NCBI GenBank assembly: GCA_006226545.1
Contig: SBGR01000026.1
Location: 201 to 64,200 of the forward strand
Length of the DNA stretch: 64,000 bases
Reading direction: 5' to 3'
Source: Bacteroidota bacterium
GTDB taxonomy: Bacteria; Bacteroidota; Bacteroidia; UBA8524
Position numbers and translations under genes: made by a program
Notes under the pieces: model-generated
What the model saw: the letters and a program-made list of their open reading frames with translations, nothing else
Told to the model about the DNA's origin: nothing
Databases searched by the model: none
Shown here: piece after piece, positions 40,569 through 49,393 of the stretch
Layout: every line of letters starts with the position of its first letter
Position numbering within the stretch: position 1 is the stretch's first letter

Positions 40569-40955
40569 ATGAAGATTAAATCCTTAGATCCACGCATCAC
40601 CAGGGCCGGAATTGAATCCGAAGAGTCCATGGAAATTCAACTTCAGCCACTTGATCACTTTGAGACTTACGAAGTGTTTCATCAGAAAAAACGTGGCACT
40701 CACCACCAGCACGTAGGAACAGTACATGCTCCAAACCCTGAAATGGCTTTGCTGTTTGGGAAAGAGCAGTACGGTCGCCGTGGCGCTTGCGTGAATATCT
40801 GGGTTACGAAAACCGCAGATATCTTCGCTTCAGACTACGATGATTCAGACATCTTCGATACAACACCGGAGAAACTATACCGCGAAGCAGCACCTTATAA
40901 GGTGATGGACCGCATCAATGAATACAAAGCGAAACAAGCTCAAGAAAACGCCTGA
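40569..40955 (+). CDS. paaB: 1,2-phenylacetyl-CoA epoxidase subunit B
   Basis: YEVFHQKKRGTHHQHVGTVHAPNPEMAL...RRGACVNIWV matches PaaB (EVF.R...H.HVGS.HA...AL...RR....W). A possible alternative start at 40629 (MEIQ) would give a more typical length. Confidence 0.75.
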   Translation: MKIKSLDPRITRAGIESEESMEIQLQPLDHFETYEVFHQKKRGTHHQHVGTVHAPNPEMALLFGKEQYGRRGACVNIWVTKTADIFASDYDDSDIFDTTPEKLYREAAPYKVMDRINEYKAKQAQENA

Positions 40956-40957
40956 TC

Positions 40958-41722
40958 ATGAACGAACAAAGCACTTTAGCAATCAAAGAATTGCTGTATA
41001 AAATGGCCGACGACCTTTTGATTTTAGGTCACCGCAACTCGGAATGGACCGGTATCGGACCAATGCTTGAGGAGGATATTGCCTTTTCTTCGATGGCTCA
41101 GGATAAAATCGGACAGAGTTTGGCCTTATACCAAATTTTAAATACCCTTGGTGAAGCAGATCCGGACACTGTTGCATTTACCCGCAATGCTCCACAGTTT
41201 CACAACTGTCAATTGGTAGAATTTCCGATTGGCGAATACGATTTCTCTTTGGTTCGTCACTTCTTGTTTGACAACGCAGAATTGATTCGCTACGAGATGT
41301 TAGCTCAATCATCGTATGAGCCTTTAGCGAAAGTAGCCCGCAAATTCAAAGGTGAATTGAAATACCACAAATTCCACGGTGATACCTTCTTGATGAAGTT
41401 GGGACAAGGAACTGCCGAGAGCAAAGAGCGCATGCAGAAGTCGTTGAATGAAGCTTGGAACTATGCATTAGGCATCTTCGAATCTGTACCTCATGAGTCT
41501 ACGCTAATTGCTGAAGGTGTATGGCAAGGTGAAGCAGCTTTAAAAGCCCGCTGGATTGACGCCATCAGTCCCATCTTAGAACAAGCAGGATTGGAAATTC
41601 CGGCCGAATCTACTTGGGCTCCTGTTTACGGCGGACTTCAAGGAGAGCATACAGAACATTTGCAACCACTCTTAGATGAGATGAGCGAGGTGTTCCGTGT
41701 GGACCCTACAGCTGAATGGTAA
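40958..41722 (+). CDS. paaC: 1,2-phenylacetyl-CoA epoxidase subunit C
   Basis: DTVAFTRN and GEHTEHLQPLLDEM match E. coli PaaC DTLAFTRD and GLHTEHLGPMLAEM. Confidence 0.75.
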   Translation: MNEQSTLAIKELLYKMADDLLILGHRNSEWTGIGPMLEEDIAFSSMAQDKIGQSLALYQILNTLGEADPDTVAFTRNAPQFHNCQLVEFPIGEYDFSLVRHFLFDNAELIRYEMLAQSSYEPLAKVARKFKGELKYHKFHGDTFLMKLGQGTAESKERMQKSLNEAWNYALGIFESVPHESTLIAEGVWQGEAALKARWIDAISPILEQAGLEIPAESTWAPVYGGLQGEHTEHLQPLLDEMSEVFRVDPTAEW

Positions 41723-41726
41723 GACT

Positions 41727-42212
41727 ATGAATACGGAGGAAGCAAAAATTTGGAAAGCCTTGGAAGAGGTGATGGATCCTGAGATCCCTACCATTTCCAT
41801 GGTCGATTTAGGTATCATTTCAGGGGTAGAGGCTGAAAATGATTCGGCCAGTATCACGATGATACCTACTTTCTCCGGTTGCCCTGCTTTGAAAATCATG
41901 GAAGACATGGTGCGTGAAAAAGTTCAAAGCATCGGCTTCAATAAAATTGAGGTGAGTACCAATTTTGATGTGCCTTGGACTACCGATCGCATTACTGAAA
42001 AAGGACGCCAGGCATTACTCAAACACGGCTTAGCTCCTCCTCCAAAACACAATGGCTACGTAGAATTGGAAGTATTATCTGATGTAGCTTGCCCGTATTG
42101 CGGCAGCCGTAATACCGAAATGAAAACACCATTCGGGCCAACCCTTTGCCGCTCCATGCATTACTGCAATAACTGCCTCAATGCCTTTGAGCAGTTCAAG
42201 CCAGTTGATTAA
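41727..42212 (+). CDS. paaD: 1,2-phenylacetyl-CoA epoxidase subunit D (SUF-like)
   Basis: MDPEIPTISMVDLGII. C-terminal CPYCGS...C..NC Cys cluster typical of PaaD. Confidence 0.7.
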   Translation: MNTEEAKIWKALEEVMDPEIPTISMVDLGIISGVEAENDSASITMIPTFSGCPALKIMEDMVREKVQSIGFNKIEVSTNFDVPWTTDRITEKGRQALLKHGLAPPPKHNGYVELEVLSDVACPYCGSRNTEMKTPFGPTLCRSMHYCNNCLNAFEQFKPVD

Positions 42213-42225
42213 TCCTTAGCTAGTT

Positions 42226-45200
42226 TTATTCTTTATTCACCCGGATTACACCGCGTTCGCCGGATTTCATGGTTACGTGTAAGTGGTAATTAGCTGCTGC
42301 TAATTCACTTAAATCTACTTTCCACTGTGCATCGCCCTGAACAATGTTCACTTGACTCATGGCCTGTCCGGTAATGGAATAAACCTCTATGGAGGCTATT
42401 TCGCTAGCGTCTATAGACTCCAAATAAACTACTGATTTTGTTGGGTTAGGATAGGCTTTCACCTGTATCGCTTGAAAATCTTCAATACCTACCCCAAAAG
42501 TATCAACATACACATACTTGTTTTTGATAAGTTCGCTAACACAGAGGTTTCCTGTAATTTTCAGTTTCACACTGTAAACACCGGATTTTGTATAGATATG
42601 GGATGGATTTACCGCAGTACTGGTAGCGGTTGAATCCCCAAAATCCCACTCATAACTATTCTGAACACCTCCACTGCTTAAATTCTGGAAATTGACATTC
42701 AACGGAGACCTGCCGCTTATAGGCGTTGCACTAAAATTCACGTTTACCAGGGCCTCTACCTTTGCATGAACAGAATCGGTTGATGTGCAACCATTCATAT
42801 TTGTATACGAATACAATAAGGTATAGGTACCACCTGCAAGCATCGTTGGATTAAAGGTGGAATTAGAAACACTCGGTCCTCTCCAAACTCCCCCTTGCGG
42901 ACTTCCATAAGGGAATAGGTTATATGGTCCTGCAGCTTGGCATCTTTCAGGTGGGTCTGTCATTACCAGATTTGGTTTTGATTTTACCTGAATTAAGATG
43001 GTATCCCTACCAATACAACCTGCACTGTCTTCCAATCTCAAGTAAACCAAAACGGAACCTCCGACTTTAAATGTGGTTGAATCGCCAGAAGCAGCGCCAA
43101 AATTCCACACGAAGTTAAAAGGTTCAACGCCTTTGCTGTGATTCGATCTTAAAACAACTAACTCATCCATGCAGATGGCCGTATCGTCTCCAAGATGCGG
43201 ATCAGGTACCTCATAAATACGGGTTTCAGTAGTATCGTAAGTTGGACAGCCGTATAGATCAGTATACTTCAAAACAATGGAAGCTGAAGTGCCCACTTGC
43301 GCCGTAATTTGCTTTCCTAATCCGTAACCAATCCACTCATAAGTTCCGGTGCTAGGCAAGGAATCGATAGCATGCAATTGAATGGAATTTCCCCCACAAT
43401 TTGCTATATCCGGGCCCGCATTAGGTTTCTGAGCTGTATAGCGAGAGATATATAAAGTGTCGTATTGCGAACAAGAATACACATCACGAACCTCCACTGG
43501 AATATGCTGTTGACTAAATGGAATAGTTGCCTGGTAACCATTTCCTTCGCCAAATCCATCCCAGTAGAAATTGAGAAGCGCACTATCTCCTTTGGTTACC
43601 CGAACCTTCAAGTCAAATGGCCCGGTTAGTTTCTGAGAACAAAGCCTTAAACTATCGCTAATGAAACTAAACTGCGGCAGAATAGGAACTCGAATACTAT
43701 CGCTAATTACACATCCAACACTGTCTGTAACCTGAAGTCTCCACTTCTGTGTTGTATCAGAAATAATTGCCACAGAATCGAGTGAAGTTGAATCGAACCA
43801 GAGGTAATTGAATGGGGCTCTACCACCGCTTACAATGCTTGCTGAAACAAACCGTTCTACATTAGGGCAAGTTGCCAAACTATTTCCATTGAACTGCACT
43901 GTCATGATGGAATCCCGCTCGAGGTATATAGAATCCGTCAAATACAGTTCGCAAGCCCCTAATCGGTAACCATACTGAAACACTTGCCATCCTACCGTAT
44001 TAATGATGTCTAGCGTATCTGACAAAAGTGTTTTTCCGCCCCATATCCAAGTGTAGGGAATTCCTCTATTCAAGGAATCTACTACCACCAATTGATAACC
44101 GCCACAGACACGGTTAATCTGCAATTCAGGAATAAAACTGCTATCCACCGGATCAGTTACCTCAACGGCAACGGTTTGGAATGAATAGCCTTTATAGGGA
44201 CAATGATCATCTATGAATCCAACCCTGAACAGGTAAGGTTCAGAACGAACTAGCGAGGTATCAGGTGTCCAGCAAACTTCCAGAACCGGATCGGTTGAGC
44301 TGGAGTCTACCAAATACCATGTCATGCCGGGAAGGGAATCCAATACAAACGGAACAATCGATTGGCCGGTATCCAATTCTTGCGCGCTAAACCGCCAGCA
44401 ATTCGGTTGTACGGCACATGCCAATAAATTGGTCGGTCCTGTCATTTTCGGAGGGAAATTCTGCAGGTTTCCTATGATGACATCGTGGTCGACATGTTGT
44501 TCAGAAACCAATGCCATAACACCCGAAATCCTTTTCCAGCCTTTAATTCTTAAGGCCATCACTTCATGCTGACCACCAATTGCACCGTTGAATCTTAGGT
44601 TACCGGTAGGGTTTTCTATGTTCAGGCTAGTAAGCGGGAATCCAATAGACATGAAAGGCACCGAAGCACTGAAACTCGTATTGTAGGTTATACTAGTATT
44701 GGAATCCTTTAGGGCGGAAGTAAGTTCATAGCTTATACTGTCCATAACGCCGTTACTGTCGGCAACAGGGTAGCCACCTGAAAAAGAAGAATTCACATGA
44801 TTTAAAAAAGGAACTATTTCAACTAGCTCAAGGCTATTTTCAATGCTATACAGACAACGGTTAAGTTTGCTGAATACGTAAAACGCTTCACCGTTTCCAT
44901 TGGTGCTCACGCGCTGTGCCGTATCGCTATAACTGATAGTGAAATCACATGCCGAACCAAAGGTGTCCAAATCCCATATCGCTTGATAAGTTTGAAGTTG
45001 ATAGCCATAAGCCAGCAATGTTCCTCCATTGCAAATCGAAGTATCTGCACACGCAGCATTGATGCCTGATACATCCCGAGAAGATTCCAAGGTAGTGGGA
45101 ACATTAATATGCCCTTGTGACCAGCTGATTTTTAGCGATGGTGTGGTCAAGCCTGAAGCGGAACAATCGCGTATTACATGCACCCGAAGTGTATAGGAAT

Positions 45201-45327
45201 TGGTATCAATGGCTTGGTAAGATATCCAAGCTCCGCGAATTGGTCCTGCAGCAACTTGCGTGAACGACAATACAAGCAAGCTGATCAAAAAATAAAACTT
45301 TTTCATGATTTGGTCTGGCTTGGACAA
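42226..45327 (-). CDS. Large secreted PKD/Ig-like repeat protein with a T9SS type-A C-terminal sorting domain
   Basis: 1033 aa. Signal peptide. C-terminus …KAYPNPTKSVVYLE…YSITGQ…YHLHV…VIRVNKE. Confidence 0.75.
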   Translation of the reverse strand: MSKPDQIMKKFYFLISLLVLSFTQVAAGPIRGAWISYQAIDTNSYTLRVHVIRDCSASGLTTPSLKISWSQGHINVPTTLESSRDVSGINAACADTSICNGGTLLAYGYQLQTYQAIWDLDTFGSACDFTISYSDTAQRVSTNGNGEAFYVFSKLNRCLYSIENSLELVEIVPFLNHVNSSFSGGYPVADSNGVMDSISYELTSALKDSNTSITYNTSFSASVPFMSIGFPLTSLNIENPTGNLRFNGAIGGQHEVMALRIKGWKRISGVMALVSEQHVDHDVIIGNLQNFPPKMTGPTNLLACAVQPNCWRFSAQELDTGQSIVPFVLDSLPGMTWYLVDSSSTDPVLEVCWTPDTSLVRSEPYLFRVGFIDDHCPYKGYSFQTVAVEVTDPVDSSFIPELQINRVCGGYQLVVVDSLNRGIPYTWIWGGKTLLSDTLDIINTVGWQVFQYGYRLGACELYLTDSIYLERDSIMTVQFNGNSLATCPNVERFVSASIVSGGRAPFNYLWFDSTSLDSVAIISDTTQKWRLQVTDSVGCVISDSIRVPILPQFSFISDSLRLCSQKLTGPFDLKVRVTKGDSALLNFYWDGFGEGNGYQATIPFSQQHIPVEVRDVYSCSQYDTLYISRYTAQKPNAGPDIANCGGNSIQLHAIDSLPSTGTYEWIGYGLGKQITAQVGTSASIVLKYTDLYGCPTYDTTETRIYEVPDPHLGDDTAICMDELVVLRSNHSKGVEPFNFVWNFGAASGDSTTFKVGGSVLVYLRLEDSAGCIGRDTILIQVKSKPNLVMTDPPERCQAAGPYNLFPYGSPQGGVWRGPSVSNSTFNPTMLAGGTYTLLYSYTNMNGCTSTDSVHAKVEALVNVNFSATPISGRSPLNVNFQNLSSGGVQNSYEWDFGDSTATSTAVNPSHIYTKSGVYSVKLKITGNLCVSELIKNKYVYVDTFGVGIEDFQAIQVKAYPNPTKSVVYLESIDASEIASIEVYSITGQAMSQVNIVQGDAQWKVDLSELAAANYHLHVTMKSGERGVIRVNKE

Positions 45328-45344
45328 ATATATCGAAAATAACC

Positions 45345-45440
45345 CATCTCCCCCGGTGATGTCCGCTCAAACGTCCTTTTCATACGTTAACAGGGTCAAA
45401 GTAATACGGTGTCATCAGCCGGGGGGATGAGTGTTTTTTT
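45345..45440. promoter_or_regulatory. Structured element: 17-nt imperfect long-range inverted repeat (45345-45361 and 45413-45429) followed by GTGTTTTTTT
   Basis: CATCTCCCCCGGTGATG pairs with CATCAGCCGGGGGGATG (about 14/17 complementary), enclosing 51 nt. A T7 run on the plus strand follows directly. Lies in the 5' leader region of the minus-strand PKD gene. Confidence 0.3.
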
Positions 45441-45486
45441 CATCCGCCTTCGACTCCAAAAATGGGTCAAGAAGTTCTAGGAATGA

Positions 45487-45517
45487 TTAATTAAATTAGT
45501 CTAGGTAATTTAATTAA
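45487..45517. promoter_or_regulatory. Perfect 11-bp inverted repeat (ATTAATTAAATT-N9-AATTTAATTAA-like), candidate operator
   Basis: TAATTAAATT agtctaggt AATTTAATTA lies about 160-190 nt upstream of the PKD-protein start codon. Confidence 0.3.
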
Positions 45518-45632
45518 AGGTTTATCGTTCTCTTTGATGGCTAGAGGCCTTCCATGGGCAAAATGTTGCCCGTAAGAAGAGGATTTTTTTATTCCTCAAC
45601 TTTCAAACCCTAAAAATCTAGGTGATACCAGC

Positions 45633-48020
45633 CTATTTACTGAGTAGAAGTTTAACCGTATGGTAACCTTCAGCATCTTGCCAGCGTGCATAGTACATCC
45701 CTTGAGCATACAAACTCAGGTCTATTTGCTGCGGTCCATCAACCATGGCTTGAGATCCTAGAAACTGTCCGCTGCTGCTATACAATTCTAACTCGCCAAT
45801 GGTATTCTTTAAACCACTCAATAGAAACAATCCCTGACTCGGGTTTGGATAAAGCTGAACGGTATTCAAGTCGATGTTCTCAAACTTTTGGCAATTGCCG
45901 CCTACAAAAACATCATCTATGTATAGGTTGGAGCCTAGTACATGGAAAATATAGCGAAACGCTACTTGAACATTAGGCTGACCTGCAGTACCTACCAACT
46001 CCACTTCTTGGCAATTGCCTTTTGCAGCGCACCAATCGTTTGCGCTACTCGGAACATACGAGCCTCCAAAACTTCCACTCACATTGATGTTTCGCATCGC
46101 TTGACCAAAAACGGAACGGAAGCTGGCCCCGCCGTCAGTTGAAACTAGAATATAAATGGAATCCAGAGCAGAAGAACTTCTTCTGGAATAGGCAAAATTA
46201 AAGTTGATAGACGGATTGGTATAATCGCTGAAATCGAGTGCTTGACTGGTTAACTGCGTAAACGTACCGGTTTGTCCGTTATAGCCTTCTGTCCACAACG
46301 CGTAAGCCGTATCACCAGGAGAATAGCTTATCTTAATGGATTCAAATCCTTTGGAGGCATTGGTACCCGATACAGTCCACTTTTCAATGGATAAACCTGC
46401 GTCGAAGTTTTCTTTGAGAATAGTGGCTACGCCATTCGCATTCACGTGAATGCCGCCTTCCGACTTTTTAGTACTTGAACCAAAACTGTTTTTCAAGGTA
46501 AGGCTATAACTGTAGTTTCCTACATACGGATAAACCACCTCAGGGTTGGCTTCGGTACTTGTTGACGGGATTCCGCCTGGAAACTCCCAATAATACTCAT
46601 CGGCTTCACCGGCTGCAGAGCTTGCGGTAAATTGAATAGGGCTATTTGGACAGTACGCCATTTCCATCTGAGTAAAAACCACTTCAGGCGGTGAACTTCT
46701 CAGGGTATCTACACACTGTAGTCCTTTGAAAACGTTTACACGTCCCGCACCCAATTTATCTTTATAAGAAGGGTTCACCGCATCAATATTATCGGCATTA
46801 TTCAACATACAGCCGAGCAACTTTTCATTCGAGATGGTCGGCATATGCGATTTCATCAAGGCCAAAACACCAGCCACCAAAGGAGACGCCATGGACGTAC
46901 CCGATTGAGAACTATAGGAAGAGTTGGTATAGGTACTTAAAATCTGATAGCCCGGAGCACTGATGGTAGTGTAGGTATTGTAATTAGAGAAGCTGGATTT
47001 CGCATCATTCTGACTTGTAGATGCTACAGAAACAACGCCGGTATAGAAGGCAGGGTAACGCACCAACTGCGCACCGTCATTTCCCATGGCTGCAACAATG
47101 ATACTTCCTTTCTGTATGGCTTCTGCTACAATCAACTGTCCGGTAGACGAAAAGCCCGGGCCACTCCAAGAACAGTTAATGATATCTGCACCGGCCTGTC
47201 CGGCATAGTAAATACCCTCATACCCTCTCGGAATTGCGGTTGTACTCTGTTGACCTGTAATGGTTGATTTAACAGCGATAAGGGAGATATTGAAACCTAC
47301 TGAAGCAATTCCTGATGAGTTATCAGTTGTTGCTCCAACAATTCCCCCGACGTGAGTGCCGTGCGAATAGGCGCTATTGATTGGACTAGGGTTATTATCT
47401 CCATCGCCTACATCATAGCCTACCACATCATCCACGAAACCATTCAAGTCATCGTCTATTCCGTTATTAGGTATCTCTTTGGGATTTTGCCATAAGTTAC
47501 CCTGAAGGTCTGGGTGATTTATTTGCATGGCATCGTCAACAATAGCCACCGTAACCACTTTATCTCCCTTGGAAATATCCCAAGCTTCTAGCGCTTGGAT
47601 CTTGTACAAATGCCATTGGTTTCCCAAGGTATTTGGTCTTAGATCATTTGGTTGGTAATCCAAGTAGGCCATAGGAACCGGCTCAGCATAATCACAGATT
47701 GGATCTAGGTTGATTTGTTGAATTAGCGATAATACACCGGTTGTGTCTTTCATGGTAATGCGCACAACCCTGGCTAATGCTTTATTGTCTGCATTCCAAA
47801 AAGGCAAGGCTGCCTCTTGAATTTGATCACCTTTGATATACTTACCAAAAGTCTCTAAAAACACCCTTTGGTTAAGCTTTCCGGCATCTAACATACCGGT
47901 GAAATTTTTCTCAGAAACCATGATGTACATTTCACCCGGAACGTAGTCAGTTCTAGTCTCTTGAGCGAATGAAATCAATACGTAAGTAAAAGAAAATAAG
48001 GAAAGTAAAAATCTCTTCAT
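45633..48020 (-). CDS. Subtilisin-like S8 serine peptidase with a T9SS type-A C-terminal sorting domain
   Basis: Catalytic motifs VAIVDDAM (Asp), HGTHVGGIVG (His) and GTSMASPLVAGV (Ser). C-terminus LYPNPSQGLF…GMYYARW…KLLLSK. Confidence 0.88.
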   Translation of the reverse strand: MKRFLLSLFSFTYVLISFAQETRTDYVPGEMYIMVSEKNFTGMLDAGKLNQRVFLETFGKYIKGDQIQEAALPFWNADNKALARVVRITMKDTTGVLSLIQQINLDPICDYAEPVPMAYLDYQPNDLRPNTLGNQWHLYKIQALEAWDISKGDKVVTVAIVDDAMQINHPDLQGNLWQNPKEIPNNGIDDDLNGFVDDVVGYDVGDGDNNPSPINSAYSHGTHVGGIVGATTDNSSGIASVGFNISLIAVKSTITGQQSTTAIPRGYEGIYYAGQAGADIINCSWSGPGFSSTGQLIVAEAIQKGSIIVAAMGNDGAQLVRYPAFYTGVVSVASTSQNDAKSSFSNYNTYTTISAPGYQILSTYTNSSYSSQSGTSMASPLVAGVLALMKSHMPTISNEKLLGCMLNNADNIDAVNPSYKDKLGAGRVNVFKGLQCVDTLRSSPPEVVFTQMEMAYCPNSPIQFTASSAAGEADEYYWEFPGGIPSTSTEANPEVVYPYVGNYSYSLTLKNSFGSSTKKSEGGIHVNANGVATILKENFDAGLSIEKWTVSGTNASKGFESIKISYSPGDTAYALWTEGYNGQTGTFTQLTSQALDFSDYTNPSINFNFAYSRRSSSALDSIYILVSTDGGASFRSVFGQAMRNINVSGSFGGSYVPSSANDWCAAKGNCQEVELVGTAGQPNVQVAFRYIFHVLGSNLYIDDVFVGGNCQKFENIDLNTVQLYPNPSQGLFLLSGLKNTIGELELYSSSGQFLGSQAMVDGPQQIDLSLYAQGMYYARWQDAEGYHTVKLLLSK

Positions 48021-48096
48021 TTTTTAAAAAACGTCGGAAGTTATATAAAGCTTGACACTTTATAACAAGATTTGTTGCACCTGATGCTAACAGTTG

Positions 48097-49338
48097 TTAA
48101 CCTTTTACGCGACGATTAAAAAGCGCCTTTTTATAGAATGACCATTTGGCCCAATCGCCAAAAAAATGATTTTCTTCAAACAAGTAAGAAATCAGTCGCT
48201 TATACCGCTTACTTTTAGAAGTAGTGGAAATTAAGAAATTAGCGATCCTCGGACCCCTCATTAATTTTTGAAGGAAGTGGCTAAATTTCAATTCCGGACC
48301 TACCATGCTGTAAATTTTCTTGTCGTAAGCTTTCAAGTATTCAGCGCTGTACTTCTGGTCTTTTATGGCCTGAGCAGCATACTGTGCCGCAAATCGACCA
48401 CTTCGAATGGCATTTCCAATTCCTTCACCGGTTAATGGGTCTACCAATGACGCGGCATCTCCGGCTATCAGCAAGTGATCTGAACTCAACTGCACCTTTT
48501 TAGAACCTAGCGGTATTCCCATGCCTTTAACGGTTTCCAGTGGTTTAGCATGAGCAAACCTCGGCGAGATGGTCGGATGTTCTTTGATTACGCGTTCCAA
48601 AACCTCCTTCAGGTTGACCTTCTTCTTACTCACGTATTCAGAAAGCATCCCAATACCAACGTTGGCTTTGTTATTTGCCATTGGGAATATCCACAAATAA
48701 CCAGGAAGCACATCTTCGATAAAATGCAATTCTATTTTTTCGCGCGACTCAAATTCGACGCCTTCATAATAAATACGTAAGGCACCACAATGGTGTTTTC
48801 TATCCAGCTTGTGATTGGCAAATTTCCTTGCAACAAAGGAGTTAATCCCATCGCAAGCAATAAGCATTTTACATGCTATATCCGTGCTTGGGCCTTTCAG
48901 AGAATATCCATCCGGAATGCGATTAACCTCTTTGATTTCCGTTTCTTCTAGAAGCAAAATGTCTTGACATGTCTTTACCTCTTCGATTAAAACATTGTCA
49001 AACTCTTCTCTGCTTATGACACAGCCATCTCTGTTACTCGATTTCAGCGTATTAATCTCTAAAACACTTCCATTCGGAGCAAACGCCTTCACGCCTATCA
49101 TTCTTTGGCGATGTTCATTCGTATTGAACCTTTCCAATAGTGAGGGTCTAATTTTAGAAAGCTGATTGATCACATCCGGGCTCATCGCATCTCCGCATGT
49201 TTTGTCTCGAGGAAAACGATGCTTATCCAATAGCACAACCGAATATCCTTGTCCGCTAAGACACAATGCGGCTGATGCGCCGGCAGGACCGGCTCCTAAG
49301 ATGGCTATATCGTAATTCTGTACTTCCATTTTGCTCAC
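48097..49338 (-). CDS. Geranylgeranyl reductase-family FAD-dependent oxidoreductase
   Basis: DIAILGAGPAGASAAL FAD motif. Two-region GGR-like arrangement (…KTCGDA…, …GDAAS.VDP.TGEGI…). Confidence 0.7.
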   Translation of the reverse strand: MSKMEVQNYDIAILGAGPAGASAALCLSGQGYSVVLLDKHRFPRDKTCGDAMSPDVINQLSKIRPSLLERFNTNEHRQRMIGVKAFAPNGSVLEINTLKSSNRDGCVISREEFDNVLIEEVKTCQDILLLEETEIKEVNRIPDGYSLKGPSTDIACKMLIACDGINSFVARKFANHKLDRKHHCGALRIYYEGVEFESREKIELHFIEDVLPGYLWIFPMANNKANVGIGMLSEYVSKKKVNLKEVLERVIKEHPTISPRFAHAKPLETVKGMGIPLGSKKVQLSSDHLLIAGDAASLVDPLTGEGIGNAIRSGRFAAQYAAQAIKDQKYSAEYLKAYDKKIYSMVGPELKFSHFLQKLMRGPRIANFLISTTSKSKRYKRLISYLFEENHFFGDWAKWSFYKKALFNRRVKG

Positions 49339-49393
49339 TCGGGCAAATATAGCCGAATGTGGCAGGAATTAATTAAATACTGATATTCGCTGC

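Noticed and set aside
44324-44572. Plus-strand 82-aa ORF inside the PKD T9SS gene. Similar internal ORFs occur inside the S8 peptidase (45686-46142), ccoI (56271-58123) and asnS
   Set aside because: These are antisense shadow ORFs within long, confidently called genes.
45545-45600. GGGCAA-aatg-TTGCCC hairpin followed 12 nt later by a T7 run, considered as the terminator of the S8 peptidase gene
   Set aside because: The S8 gene is on the minus strand, and on that strand the hairpin is not followed by a U-run. On the plus strand no gene ends here. I leave it unassigned; it may belong to the plus-strand element I describe in the findings.
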